DNA from: Waltera intestinalis
GTDB lineage: Bacteria > Bacillota_I > Bacilli_A > Erysipelotrichales > Erysipelotrichaceae
Assembly (NCBI GenBank): GCA_963595075.1
Contig: CAVBGZ010000001.1
Span: forward strand, 12,169 to 76,168
Length of the DNA: 64,000 bases
Direction of reading: 5' to 3'
The notes beneath the pieces were generated by a model, which worked only from the letters and a program-made list of their open reading frames with translations, had not been told where the DNA came from and searched no databases. This document shows, piece by piece, positions 1 to 10,077 of this stretch. Numbering within the stretch: the stretch's first letter is position 1; every line of letters begins with the position of its first letter. Position numbers and translations under genes: made by a program.

Positions 1-1
1 A

Positions 2-112
2 AAAGTTTCCAGCACAAAAGAAAAAGATGCTTATACACCGTCTGTTACATCGTATAAGAAATCTACTAAGACATCAGGAAAGAATTTCAAAATAAAAAGA
101 AAAAATAAGTAA
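2..112 (+). CDS. 3' end of a CDS truncated by the window edge (Lys-rich C-terminus)
   Basis: Open frame KVSSTKEKDAYTPSVTSYKKSTKTSGKNFKIKRKNK* ending TAA 110-112, followed by GAGG RBS of the next gene. Confidence 0.6.
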   Translation, partial: KVSSTKEKDAYTPSVTSYKKSTKTSGKNFKIKRKNK

Positions 113-124
113 GAGGAAATTATT

Positions 125-802
125 ATGAATTTAAATAAGCATTTAGAATTTTTCAACCCAATGAATATTATTAAAAAGAATATTGAAGTAAATATTATAG
201 GGATCGGCGCTGTCGGTTCCTTTATTGCACTTCAATTAGCTAAGCTTGGAGTTCCAAGATTAACTTTATGGGACTTCGACACTGTTGATGATCACAATAT
301 CACAAATCAAGTTTATTGCTTCAATGATATTGGCAAGAAGAAAACTGACGCTCTTGAAGAGCATTTAAAAGCGCAAAATCCAGAAATCGAAATTGTTAAG
401 CGTGACAGATGGAATCCTGGCGACGCTGTTTCTGGGGTTATCTTCTTAGAGGTCGATAAGATGGATGTTCGTCAAGCATTTGTTGATGACAATCAATATA
501 ATCCAATGATTCAAGCTGTCATCGACGCAAGAATTGGTCTTGCAACAGGTGAAGTCCATTTTGTTGATTGGACAGATACAGATGCGGTTGAGCATTTTAT
601 CGAAAAAGTAAATTCATTTGATGATGCTCATGCTTCTGTAAAGGTTAGTGCATGTGGAACAACTTTATCGGTTTCTCCATCTGTTTTCATTACAGCGGCA
701 GAAGCAGTAGCAATCTTTATTAAGTTTATTAATGGAGACAAATGCTGTAAATATACAACATTCGACTCTTTCTTAGGAAAGATGGCATCTCTAGATATTT
801 AG
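125..802 (+). CDS. ThiF/E1-like adenylyltransferase (ubiquitin-activating family)
   Basis: IIGIGAVGS Rossmann motif, LAKLGV..LTLWDFDTVDDHNITNQ, KKKTDAL, IDAR, SACG with candidate catalytic Cys. Confidence 0.9.
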   Translation: MNLNKHLEFFNPMNIIKKNIEVNIIGIGAVGSFIALQLAKLGVPRLTLWDFDTVDDHNITNQVYCFNDIGKKKTDALEEHLKAQNPEIEIVKRDRWNPGDAVSGVIFLEVDKMDVRQAFVDDNQYNPMIQAVIDARIGLATGEVHFVDWTDTDAVEHFIEKVNSFDDAHASVKVSACGTTLSVSPSVFITAAEAVAIFIKFINGDKCCKYTTFDSFLGKMASLDI

Positions 803-811
803 AAAGGAAAT

Positions 812-841
812 AAGGAAGCAGACACTTGCTTCCTTTTTATT
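812..841 (+). terminator. intrinsic terminator
   Basis: AAGGAAGCAG-ACAC-TTGCTTCCTT followed by T-run. Confidence 0.8.
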
Positions 842-844
842 TTT

Positions 845-2131
845 ATGAATTTTCAGCAAAAATTTTACAATCTATTAAAAGCATCTCCACGTTGCGTGAA
901 TGAAGGGGTATTCATTTCAAGCTTAAACAAAGATGAATTGGATTATTTCTTCTCGGCTCTATCAGAAACTGCTAAGAAGAATATAATTAAAGGCGAATAT
1001 ATGCCGAACTTTGAGCCGACTAGAAATGATATTCTAGATTATGTAGCACGATATTTTGGTGAGTTAAAAATAGAAGAAGTAGATGTTTCGTTTGTAAATT
1101 ATTTGCTTAAACGAAACCTTCTAACAAAATCTATTTTAATAACTTACATTGATAAATTTGATCACGCTCTTTTAGGAAGCATAATCACCAATTCAAGGGA
1201 ATTAAGATGCGACAAAGATTTGCAGTTATTAATTATGGCAAATAATTATGGAAATGATGCTTATTTAGATTTTCTAGAAGACCACATGCCGAAGAATGCA
1301 AAACTTTGGAAGATGCGAAATTATTCAATCGAGGCTATCATGAAGCATCGCAAATTATTTAATGCTGAAAGGGTTTTGAGCACGTATTTTAATGAAGACA
1401 ATCTTGTTCTATTTAATATTGAACAGATGGTTGCTCTAGTTGCTAATATAAAAACAACTAACTTTATGAATAAAGACACAATAGAAATCAAAAAGCTTGA
1501 CAATCCAGATCCATATAAAAATGTATATGGACGCATATTAGAGCTTCTATTAAAATTACTAAGGAAAAGATCCAAGAATCAAGACGCTAATAGTAAATAT
1601 GTCACCAAACAGTATATACTGATCTATGTTCAAATTGCAGAAATAAATAACCAATTGGAGAACTTGTCAAAAGTTCCGATTATAAATAATCGTGACGAGT
1701 ATCTTCCGTTTGTGCATATGATTCCAAAGAAAGATTATGAGATTTTAAAAGAATTCAAACCAGATTTAACTCTAGTAACTCCGAATGTGAGAGCAATACA
1801 AATTAAATATGATTTATACTACGAATCACAATTTGAGCAGATTATTAAAGAGGCCTCTAAGATTGCTGGAACCACACTGCTATATTATGATGACATTGGA
1901 GATTGGGAGAGGCATCGAGCTTTCTATATTATTAATCCAAATGATAGGTCGGATGTTCCAAGCAAATCATTAGACCCTGACTATGTAATCGAAGAATTGG
2001 ATGCTAATAAAATTGGAAATTTATTTAAAGGTGCATACGATCATGGAGAATATTTGAACATCGGAAGCGACGTCTTAAATAAATCATTCTGCGATTCTTA
2101 TGGAATTCCAGAGCAAGTTTTGGTAATGTGA
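845..2131 (+). CDS. hypothetical protein (shares a motif with 2999-4456)
   Basis: 428-aa ORF; KDLQLLIMANN resembles KQIQLCLMANN of 2999-4456. Confidence 0.75.
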   Translation: MNFQQKFYNLLKASPRCVNEGVFISSLNKDELDYFFSALSETAKKNIIKGEYMPNFEPTRNDILDYVARYFGELKIEEVDVSFVNYLLKRNLLTKSILITYIDKFDHALLGSIITNSRELRCDKDLQLLIMANNYGNDAYLDFLEDHMPKNAKLWKMRNYSIEAIMKHRKLFNAERVLSTYFNEDNLVLFNIEQMVALVANIKTTNFMNKDTIEIKKLDNPDPYKNVYGRILELLLKLLRKRSKNQDANSKYVTKQYILIYVQIAEINNQLENLSKVPIINNRDEYLPFVHMIPKKDYEILKEFKPDLTLVTPNVRAIQIKYDLYYESQFEQIIKEASKIAGTTLLYYDDIGDWERHRAFYIINPNDRSDVPSKSLDPDYVIEELDANKIGNLFKGAYDHGEYLNIGSDVLNKSFCDSYGIPEQVLVM

Positions 2132-2157
2132 AAACAAAGATGAAAGAATTATATATA

Positions 2158-2165
2158 TATATTAT
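2158..2165 (+). promoter_or_regulatory. putative early promoter core TATATTAT
   Basis: Same octamer lies upstream of gene clusters at 34896, 59350 and 61844; resembles phiKZ early motif TATATTAC. Confidence 0.45.
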
Positions 2166-2292
2166 TATAGTGTTCAAGCAACCCATCAACTTGAACTGCG
2201 TTAAGTAGTTATAAGAATAAAAAATTATGGCATAAGCCGACACTATAACGAAAGACAAAACTAAGCTTTAGTATTAAAGGAGGAAAATTATA

Positions 2293-2937
2293 ATGAATAA
2301 AGCGACTACAGTGCTTGGCAAGGAAAGAGAAGCTAAGCTTAAAGGCTGTAAGATTTTGGCAAAATTAAATTTGCCACATATCCGTAAAGCCGATTATAAA
2401 ATTGTTGCCAATCAAGTAGGCATTAATTGGCAACAACTATATAATTCATACAAAAATTGGATTTTGTATGGATTAGTTGATTTGCGCAACAAGCACAAAC
2501 AACAAGATGCAGCTCCAGTATCTGCGGGCATTGCAAAATTTAGAAATGCAAACCCAAGATATCACGCTGATTATATTAAACAGATATCTAAATCCACAGC
2601 AGTGGAGAGCGACTATAGAATTAAGAAAGCAATTAGAGAATATATTGGTGGTGCTTCTCTTAAAGAAATCTATAGTATAACAGGGATAGGAGTGAAAACT
2701 CTATATAAATCCATTGAAAAAATGGAAAAAACTGGACGTATCGGAAGATATAAAATTTATACTCCGATGAAAGATGCTCCACAATTAAGAGTTGTCTTGG
2801 CAGTTAAATACGCTAAACTTCTTAATAGTGGAAAATCTCCATCAGAGAGCAAGATATTTAAAGAAATGTCTGTTGTTGATCGTCTGAGATATGTTCAATT
2901 TTATGCAACTATCAAAGAAGCGATTAACAAAAAATAA
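2293..2937 (+). CDS. basic protein with putative helix-turn-helix domains
   Basis: Strong AAGGAGG RBS; HTH-like segments YKIVANQVGINWQQLYNS and SLKEIYSITGIGVKTLYKS. Confidence 0.6.
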   Translation: MNKATTVLGKEREAKLKGCKILAKLNLPHIRKADYKIVANQVGINWQQLYNSYKNWILYGLVDLRNKHKQQDAAPVSAGIAKFRNANPRYHADYIKQISKSTAVESDYRIKKAIREYIGGASLKEIYSITGIGVKTLYKSIEKMEKTGRIGRYKIYTPMKDAPQLRVVLAVKYAKLLNSGKSPSESKIFKEMSVVDRLRYVQFYATIKEAINKK

Positions 2938-2940
2938 CAA

Positions 2941-2971
2941 AAAATAAGGGAATAAAATCCCTTATTTTTTT
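2941..2971 (+). terminator. intrinsic terminator
   Basis: AAAATAAGGGA-ATAAAA-TCCCTTATTTT plus T-run. Confidence 0.8.
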
Positions 2972-2998
2972 GATGCTAAAATTTTAGGAGTTGAGAAT

Positions 2999-4456
2999 AT
3001 GAAAAAAATGCATTTAAAGTTTAATGCCCATTTACAGAATTTGTTTGAATTTAATAAGAAATCTAAAACAAATTATATGATATACAACATTCTTTTATCG
3101 CACGATGTGCTATTTGAATTGAATGCGAATAATGTTATGCCAACAGATCCTTACGTTACTCAACTATACACATCGGTAATAAAACCTGCAACAGAGATAA
3201 TAGAAGTGAGTAATGATAACGACATTAATAAATCATTGGTTGATTTAAATCCGTCATTTATCGCTTCAGAATTATCTTTATGTAGTCTAGATAAGAGCAT
3301 AAGAGATGAAGATAGATCAATTGATGAAAAATCAGAGCAAATAATTGAATTTATTAAGAAATATCAAGATACTATTTTAAATTATTATTCTAATGGACAA
3401 AATATGACTACTCAGAGCTCATATACTGATTTGTTATCGATAATAATTTTAAAATTAGACATCAATTCATTTATTGAGCTATTCCCGCTTTATAACGAAT
3501 TTAAATTATTAAGTGAGGTTTTTTTATTTAGACCAGATTTTGCACAGAATAAGCAAATACAGTTATGCTTAATGGCAAATAACTGTGAATATGAAACAAA
3601 TGTTTATAAGATATACAGTTTATTAGCTGAAGATCAAGCATTCATGCGAAAAAATAAACACGAACCTAGATTAAGCCCATCATTCATGCTTGCAAATAGA
3701 GATTTGATTTGCAATGAAATAAACATGACCACTTGGGACATCAACGACTATCCGTTGGCAATTGATCTGAGAAAGTGTTTTTATCTTTCATTGCAGGATG
3801 TTAATTATAAAGAGTTTTTGCAGAGGTTCATTGGTCGGCAAAAATATAAAGATGAACATTTTGAAATGGCGGTGTTATTAAATGACATACTTCTAGCTGA
3901 TGGATATTATTTAAAGAATAAAACAATTCCATCTGTTACGAAAACACTGGCAATGAAAACTTTTGATGTGTCTTTGTTTAAGCAGTTTATTAACATGCTT
4001 ATTGAAATAATTGATGATCGTGCTAATAAGAATATGGACAGCGCTCTGATGGTTTGTTCTACGATGATCGTAATGAATATAGTCTATAATATCTTATTTA
4101 ATGATGAACTTATTGATTTCCATCAATATATTTTGAGCAAGAGTAATGACAGCCCATTTGAAGCAACTAAATATACAACTATTTTAGATGCAATAAATTC
4201 TTCCGATTTTAAATGTAGAAAAATAACAAGAGACAAAATCAGTTTCATTTTTAATGCATTTAAGAGCGCAGGAAGTTATAAATATACTGACGGCAATAAA
4301 GTCCTTAGACGCATTTCAATAGCATTACAGAGTGTATCACTGAATATCTTTGAGATGAAACATAATGAGACTTATTATTGTAAAGCAAATGATCCATATG
4401 ATCATCAAACTTATTATAACACAGGAATCAAAAAAGAAAGGAAAACTAATGATTAA
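2999..4456 (+). CDS. hypothetical protein
   Basis: 485-aa ORF with AGGAG RBS. Confidence 0.75.
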   Translation: MKKMHLKFNAHLQNLFEFNKKSKTNYMIYNILLSHDVLFELNANNVMPTDPYVTQLYTSVIKPATEIIEVSNDNDINKSLVDLNPSFIASELSLCSLDKSIRDEDRSIDEKSEQIIEFIKKYQDTILNYYSNGQNMTTQSSYTDLLSIIILKLDINSFIELFPLYNEFKLLSEVFLFRPDFAQNKQIQLCLMANNCEYETNVYKIYSLLAEDQAFMRKNKHEPRLSPSFMLANRDLICNEINMTTWDINDYPLAIDLRKCFYLSLQDVNYKEFLQRFIGRQKYKDEHFEMAVLLNDILLADGYYLKNKTIPSVTKTLAMKTFDVSLFKQFINMLIEIIDDRANKNMDSALMVCSTMIVMNIVYNILFNDELIDFHQYILSKSNDSPFEATKYTTILDAINSSDFKCRKITRDKISFIFNAFKSAGSYKYTDGNKVLRRISIALQSVSLNIFEMKHNETYYCKANDPYDHQTYYNTGIKKERKTND

Positions 4457-6218
4457 TAAAATAAACATAGACGATATTAAGCAAGTCAAGAATTTTGACA
4501 AATATACTTCTGCAGTTTTACGGTACAATAATATTGATGAAAATAATTTGGCGTTGGCAATTCCAGATTCCAAATTTCATTACACCTTTCAGGAATATTT
4601 TGATTTCGCAGAAGTAATTGACGGAACTTCCGAGTATATCTCGGCAGTTCAAGCTCATAAGCACGAGAAGTGGGGATGCATTTCTGACCATGATTGTGAT
4701 GGCATCATGGCATGTATAATCATGTCTGCTTCTTTAGCGAAATACGGAATTGATATTACTTATCTTCCAACCTGTAGATTTTCTGAGAACCCAGAAGTGA
4801 AAACAGGATATGGAATGGGCCGATATCAAATCGACAAAATGATATCTTTGGGCGTTAAAGTAATTGTTACTGTCGATCAAGGAATCACAACTTTAGACGC
4901 TATTGAATATGCAAAAAGTAAAGGTTTATTTGTGATCGTAACAGATCACCATAATGGATTGGTCGAGAATCCAGCTGATGTTGTAATCGATCCTTGTTAT
5001 TTCAAAAATTCCACTAAGTTTAAGCAAATATCTGGCGCAACCGTTGCACTTAAACTAAATTATGCTCTTTATAAAGCAGAAAATCTAGATACTTCATTCT
5101 TTAATGAACTTGGAGTTCTAGCGGGAGTTACAGTTTTATCAGACGTAATGCAAATGCAAAATGAGAATCGAATTCTTTATAAAGCAACAGCTGATTATTG
5201 TAATTCCCATTTAAATTCTAACAATTTCATAACAAGATTGTTTGATTTGCTAGGATTTCGTTATACTGAGTATAAAGACGGTGAAGAATCTTATCCGGAA
5301 TTTAGAGATTTCAATGTGACAAATGTTAATTTCTATTTAGTTCCAGTCGTGAATGCAGTTAATAGAGTTAATGGAGAAGTCGATGAAATCGTTACGAATA
5401 TTCTGGAATTATTCTTCCAAGAATCTAATTGTGCTCCAACATATTATACAGACATTAATAAAGCACGTAAGCAAATGAAGAAAGATCTTCAAAATGCTTA
5501 TGTACCTAAGTATAATTATTCTGTTGTTGTAGAAGCATTGAAAATAGATTCCGTTGAAAATTATAGTGGAATAGCTGGATTATTTGCAGCTGATATTGCA
5601 GATGACGAGAAGAAACCAACTTTAATAGGAATTGATCAAGGACAAGACGTAATAAATATGAGCGGACGTTCTGTTCCGGGTTACGATCTTTATAAATTGT
5701 TATCCAGAGTTCAAACTAAATATTCAGATTTAGGATTGACATTTGGAGGTCACGCAGAAGCACTTGGTGCTGCAATTCCTCGAAATAAATTAAATGAATT
5801 CAGGAAAATCTTGAATGAAGAGTTTATTGCAGATGGATATGACGTCAAGAATGATTATTTTGTTCTAGACAATACAAATGCTTGGCTTAACGTTTATAGA
5901 AGATTATCGCCGTTTAATCATGGTTTTGAAATGCCACGATTCTATTCTAGGACAACAATTCGTTATTACGACGGAAAATCTAAAACATTTAGTTTAGATG
6001 GATGCGGAACTTGCAACATTGCTTGTTTCTCTAATAGTGACCTAGAATATATTGGTTATTTAAAGTTTCATGTGCCGAATACAAATATCGAAGTTCTGCT
6101 AGAGCTTTGTTATGATGCTAAAGGAACCGCCATGTTTAAATTAGTAAAAATCTTGAATAAAGACGTAAATGTCTTAAGAGAGATTCGCAAATTAAAAGTT
6201 GAGAGCAATTATTTTTAA
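4449..6218 (+). CDS. recJ: RecJ-like ssDNA exonuclease (DHH family)
   Basis: SDHDCDG, GYG, TVDQG, VTDHH, SGATVA, LSDVM, SGRS, FGGHAEALG, LSPFNHG motifs; start moved to ATG 4449 behind AAGGA RBS. Confidence 0.9.
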   Translation: MINKINIDDIKQVKNFDKYTSAVLRYNNIDENNLALAIPDSKFHYTFQEYFDFAEVIDGTSEYISAVQAHKHEKWGCISDHDCDGIMACIIMSASLAKYGIDITYLPTCRFSENPEVKTGYGMGRYQIDKMISLGVKVIVTVDQGITTLDAIEYAKSKGLFVIVTDHHNGLVENPADVVIDPCYFKNSTKFKQISGATVALKLNYALYKAENLDTSFFNELGVLAGVTVLSDVMQMQNENRILYKATADYCNSHLNSNNFITRLFDLLGFRYTEYKDGEESYPEFRDFNVTNVNFYLVPVVNAVNRVNGEVDEIVTNILELFFQESNCAPTYYTDINKARKQMKKDLQNAYVPKYNYSVVVEALKIDSVENYSGIAGLFAADIADDEKKPTLIGIDQGQDVINMSGRSVPGYDLYKLLSRVQTKYSDLGLTFGGHAEALGAAIPRNKLNEFRKILNEEFIADGYDVKNDYFVLDNTNAWLNVYRRLSPFNHGFEMPRFYSRTTIRYYDGKSKTFSLDGCGTCNIACFSNSDLEYIGYLKFHVPNTNIEVLLELCYDAKGTAMFKLVKILNKDVNVLREIRKLKVESNYF

Positions 6219-6231
6219 AAATAATGCTCCC

Positions 6232-6245
6232 AACAATTTATTATA
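6232..6245 (+). promoter_or_regulatory. phage late promoter motif AACAATnnATTATA
   Basis: AACAATTTATTATA 16 nt upstream of the 6261 start. Confidence 0.8.
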
Positions 6246-6260
6246 TAGGAAGTGACATAA

Positions 6261-7343
6261 ATGCTTTGGAATATTTATGAAGCAAAATTGAAATATGAGT
6301 TACTGAATGAATCTCTCAAAAATGAAATGAGTAATATCACAATTAGTTCAAATGTCAATCTAATCATTGATTTGAAACAAATCTACAGAAAGATATTCAG
6401 ATCGTCGGTTGAACTAGATAGTGAAGATAATAATTATCTCACATTAGAAACAGAGAGAATTACATCAGACGTTTTATCAGTAATTTCACATTACAGAAAT
6501 TACTTCTACAAAAAAGGAAAATATACAAAATTCTATTTTCTATATTCAGAATTTATTTGCGATAAATTAGTATCAGTTAATCCGAATTACAAGAAAGATT
6601 ACTACGAAAGATATTTGACAGGAGTTGGCAATGCTAAAATTGACTTAATCAAACGAGTTAATAAAGCATTGAAGTTTGTTATCAACCTAATTCCAAATTG
6701 TTTCTATACTGATACGAGTCAGTTTGATGAATTCTGCTATACAAAATATTTAGTAGATCATCTACCTCAGAACGAGCTGAAATTAATTCTAACAAATGAC
6801 GACGTTATGCTACAGCTTGTCAATAATACTACATATGTAGTAAATCTTCGTGGTAATGCAAGTGCAATAGTAAAGCCAAGCAATTTCTATTCAAAGACTG
6901 ATATAAGTGAAGAGAAATTAATCTCAAATAATTTATTCAATCTAATATTAGCTATTGCCGGATGCCAGAAGTATTCACTTAAAGGAATTTCTAATGTAGG
7001 AATGAAAAGAGCGTATGATATGATAAAGATGTTATTGGAGAATGGAGCTATTCAAGATTCTAAATATGCAGTCTTCCCATTGACAGAAGAGAATCTTGCA
7101 AATGAATTCCCGAGTCACGATTCATACCGAACTTTGCTTCTAACTAATTTAGAAATCGCTAAGAATAATTTTGAATTATTTACTTGTGAGAAATTATATC
7201 AAGAAAATTTAATCGCAATAGGAAATGAATTTGTCGAGAATAAAAAAGTAGTTTCTTATAATACGTTTATAGAACTAAATACGCAAGTATTCAGAACATA
7301 TCCGTTGAATATAGATTTTTTACTGAGAGGGGAGCTTATATAA
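6261..7343 (+). CDS. 5'-3' exonuclease / RNase H (PIN-FEN fold)-like protein
   Basis: N-terminal LIIDL, NYKKD, LILTNDDVMLQL, H3TH-like LKGISNVGMKRA. Confidence 0.65.
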   Translation: MLWNIYEAKLKYELLNESLKNEMSNITISSNVNLIIDLKQIYRKIFRSSVELDSEDNNYLTLETERITSDVLSVISHYRNYFYKKGKYTKFYFLYSEFICDKLVSVNPNYKKDYYERYLTGVGNAKIDLIKRVNKALKFVINLIPNCFYTDTSQFDEFCYTKYLVDHLPQNELKLILTNDDVMLQLVNNTTYVVNLRGNASAIVKPSNFYSKTDISEEKLISNNLFNLILAIAGCQKYSLKGISNVGMKRAYDMIKMLLENGAIQDSKYAVFPLTEENLANEFPSHDSYRTLLLTNLEIAKNNFELFTCEKLYQENLIAIGNEFVENKKVVSYNTFIELNTQVFRTYPLNIDFLLRGELI

Positions 7344-7640
7344 ATGCCAAGAAATTGGAAAACAGTAGAAAGTACGCAAGAATCTTTACAAAAGATGATT
7401 GCCAGACGAAAGAGGACAGCAAATTTCATGAGTGCTGAAATGAGCGACGATGAAGTCTATGATCCTCAAAAGGAAGTTGTAATCAAGATATCTGACGCTG
7501 AGACTTCTACATTGAATAGGCTGGCAAAATCAGTCAATGCAATGTATAAAGCAACTCAAGCTCAAGATGTTGAAATTAGAGAAACTTTGTTGAAAAAGAA
7601 AACTGCAATATTAAATGAATTAACTAAACGAAAGGAATAA
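7344..7640 (+). CDS. hypothetical protein
   Basis: 98-aa ORF abutting previous stop, GAGGGGAG RBS. Confidence 0.7.
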   Translation: MPRNWKTVESTQESLQKMIARRKRTANFMSAEMSDDEVYDPQKEVVIKISDAETSTLNRLAKSVNAMYKATQAQDVEIRETLLKKKTAILNELTKRKE

Positions 7641-7641
7641 T

Positions 7642-7863
7642 ATGAAAACAGCATCTTTAGTATTTACAATATTAGGAATGATCGGGGAATTATATATATG
7701 CACATATACTAACTGGGCACTTGGAGCAGCCGGATTAGTTGTTGGAGCATTTATGATTTCATCTCTATGTACAAATAAAAAGAATATATCCATAGGAATT
7801 CTAGGAATTATATTCACTGGAATTCTTGGTGGAATTTTCTATTTGTGTTGGGATCCAGAATAA
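7642..7863 (+). CDS. small membrane protein
   Basis: 73 aa with 2-3 hydrophobic Gly-rich helices; AAGGA RBS. Confidence 0.7.
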   Translation: MKTASLVFTILGMIGELYICTYTNWALGAAGLVVGAFMISSLCTNKKNISIGILGIIFTGILGGIFYLCWDPE

Positions 7864-7889
7864 GAAAATTGATAGGAATTTAAAGAAAA

Positions 7890-8123
7890 ATGAACGAAGA
7901 AAAAGAATTAATAAAATGCCCTAAATGTAGGAAGAGCAATTATAAGGAAACTGCAACCCACAGAACAACTGCTTATTATCCGCCTATTATGGAAAACGGC
8001 GTCAATATCAATCCAGATGCAAATTCAACAAAAACAACTTGTGTCTGCAGAGAATGTGGAACTAAGTTTATGATAGTTGAAAGACTTGGAGAAATTGAAG
8101 TAATAGCGAGGGATGATGACTAA
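7890..8123 (+). CDS. small zinc-ribbon protein
   Basis: CPKC ... CRECG motifs. Confidence 0.7.
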   Translation: MNEEKELIKCPKCRKSNYKETATHRTTAYYPPIMENGVNINPDANSTKTTCVCRECGTKFMIVERLGEIEVIARDDD

Positions 8124-8683
8124 TGATTCTAGTAATTGCAGGAATGAGTTGCGCAGGAAAAGACGCAATGCAAAATGAATTAATAAAACTTGGATGGAAT
8201 TCAATAGTTTCGACAACTTCTAGACCAAAACGCGTTGGAGAAGTTGAAGGAATTAATTATTTTTATAAAACCAAGAAAGAATTTCAACAACTAATAAACG
8301 ATAACAAACTAATTGAACATCGTGTTTATCATACACTTGTGAATAATAAACCAGATGATTGGTATTATGGTGTTGAACGAGATAAAGTGAATCTAAATAA
8401 ACGAACTGTAGTAGTTTTAGATTCGGTCGGCTATAAGGAATTCGTCAAGAATTTTGGCGAAGACAATGTTAAACTTCTATGGATGGAAGCACCAACCGAA
8501 ATCCGCAAGAAGAGAAATATTGATCGTCTAGATTATAATGAATCTGAATTTAAACGCCGTGAAACTGAAGACATTAAGAGTTTTGGAAATCTTAAGTCTG
8601 AAGCGAATTTTGTTTATGAAAATACATCTACATATGATGATTTAATTAAGTTTGCAAATAAAATTAACAATGAAGCTAGATAA
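8123..8683 (+). CDS. gmk: guanylate kinase-like protein
   Basis: GMSCAGKD P-loop, VSTTSRPKRVGEVEGINYFY, WYYG. Confidence 0.9.
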   Translation: MILVIAGMSCAGKDAMQNELIKLGWNSIVSTTSRPKRVGEVEGINYFYKTKKEFQQLINDNKLIEHRVYHTLVNNKPDDWYYGVERDKVNLNKRTVVVLDSVGYKEFVKNFGEDNVKLLWMEAPTEIRKKRNIDRLDYNESEFKRRETEDIKSFGNLKSEANFVYENTSTYDDLIKFANKINNEAR

Positions 8684-8697
8684 ATCTAGCTTCTTTT
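8672..8697 (+). terminator. intrinsic terminator
   Basis: GAAGCTAGA-TAAA-TCTAGCTTC-TTTT. Confidence 0.7.
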
Positions 8698-8710
8698 ATT
8701 GGAGGAAAAT

Positions 8711-9727
8711 ATGGGACAACGATTATGTTTAACCACTTACGGTGCAAGTGAAAGATGTTATAATATTTATGTTCATTGGGGCGGTTATACGCTTTATGGA
8801 TTGGAATTAGCAAGTAGTATAATTGATCTCACTACTGACTATTGCGAAGAAAAATATAACTTAGATTGGAAAAAAATGACCAAATACGACTATATTGAAG
8901 CTCTGCTTATGAATGATGCTGGTATTCGAATTAATTGGTTCGATCAGGATTTTGAAGATGGTGAAGAATATCCGGAAATAGCCAAAATCTGCGATGACTT
9001 TATCGAGAAAGACTTTCTACGCAGTTATCCTGCATATAAAGCAGAGTTTGTAAAAATAAAAGAGAAAATATTCGATGATTCAAATCTAAAAGCTTTTACG
9101 CAAAAAGAATTAAATTTGAAAGGGAAAACATTCTTGGAACTATTTAGAAGCTTGACTGAAGAAAGTCTGTTGGAAGATTATTTTGACAGTATAGTTGATA
9201 AAAAAGACGCTCATTTAGATGACGTGATGACCAAGTTACTGTCAGTATGCACTGATGCTGACAGAAATAATGGTCTCATTTGTGTAACAGAAAAAGGAAT
9301 GGATTGCAATGAAAGTGCTTCCGATGGATACTTTTTAGATGTTGATTTTGACAGGGGAATTGTTACTGATAATATTTCATGTGCGGAGACAGCAGTAGTT
9401 GATGACTTCAAAGATTATATGATCGAGAGCTATTCAGATATATGTTCTATTGTAGTATGTGGTGATGAAACTATTGCTGAATCTAGAGATGGTTATAAAT
9501 ATAAATTTAGAAACATTTATATTGATACCGATGCTATTAATGGAGGTCTATTTAAAGGTCCTGAAGATTACTATGAAATAAGTTTTGAGGAGATTTATTC
9601 GACAATGAATATGTATGATAGCATGGAAAGAGCAACATGCTATTCTATGAGATTCTTGCCAGAGGCTGCTAAAACCGATCCAACGAAAGCATTCGAAACT
9701 TATGGAGTATTCAATCTAGTGGCATAA
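8711..9727 (+). CDS. acidic hypothetical protein
   Basis: GGAGG RBS then ATG 8711; N-terminal MGQR...IYVHWGGY typical of small phage accessory proteins. Confidence 0.75.
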   Translation: MGQRLCLTTYGASERCYNIYVHWGGYTLYGLELASSIIDLTTDYCEEKYNLDWKKMTKYDYIEALLMNDAGIRINWFDQDFEDGEEYPEIAKICDDFIEKDFLRSYPAYKAEFVKIKEKIFDDSNLKAFTQKELNLKGKTFLELFRSLTEESLLEDYFDSIVDKKDAHLDDVMTKLLSVCTDADRNNGLICVTEKGMDCNESASDGYFLDVDFDRGIVTDNISCAETAVVDDFKDYMIESYSDICSIVVCGDETIAESRDGYKYKFRNIYIDTDAINGGLFKGPEDYYEISFEEIYSTMNMYDSMERATCYSMRFLPEAAKTDPTKAFETYGVFNLVA

Positions 9728-9734
9728 ATTAAAG

Positions 9735-9765
9735 AAAGAATAAGGTTAGACTTATTCTTTTTTTT
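9735..9765 (+). terminator. intrinsic terminator
   Basis: AAAGAATAAG-GTTAGA-CTTATTCTTT plus T-run. Confidence 0.75.
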
Positions 9766-9790
9766 GTTTATTTTTAAAAATAATGGCTGG

Positions 9791-9804
9791 AACAATCTAT
9801 TATA
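9791..9804 (+). promoter_or_regulatory. phage late promoter motif
   Basis: AACAATCTATTATA. Confidence 0.75.
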
Positions 9805-9805
9805 G

Positions 9806-10077
9806 TGGAATTCTGCGACTATTGGTCGTTTTGAAACGAAATTAACAAATAAAGCAGCACAATACGGCAAAGCTATAGTTAAAGTTGGCAGGACCTTCCC
9901 GTCATCTCAACTTTGCAGTGTTGTGGTGTGTGCCAAAAGATGCCTCTGTTTAAGAGAATTTATAAATGCAAATGTGGAACGGTCATGGACCGTGACGCAA
10001 ACGCTGCGAAAAATATCATGCAAGAGGCAAATAAACTTTATATGAGCCAAAACAATACTATGAAAGGAAAACTGTAA
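9806..10077 (+). pseudogene. tnpB: frameshifted C-terminal remnant of TnpB (IS200/IS605/IS607 family)
   Basis: Manual translation: SATIGRFETKLTNKAAQYGKAIVKVGRTFPSSQLCS, 1-nt frameshift at ~9920, then CGVCQKMPLFKRIYKCKCGTVMDRDANAAKNIMQEA...* = TnpB zinc ribbon plus RuvC-III DRDxNAAxNI. Confidence 0.9.

Noticed and set aside
2172..2196. Hairpin GTTCAAG...CTTGAAC in the leader of the HTH gene
   Set aside because: Single short stem with no family resemblance; insufficient for an ncRNA or riboswitch call.
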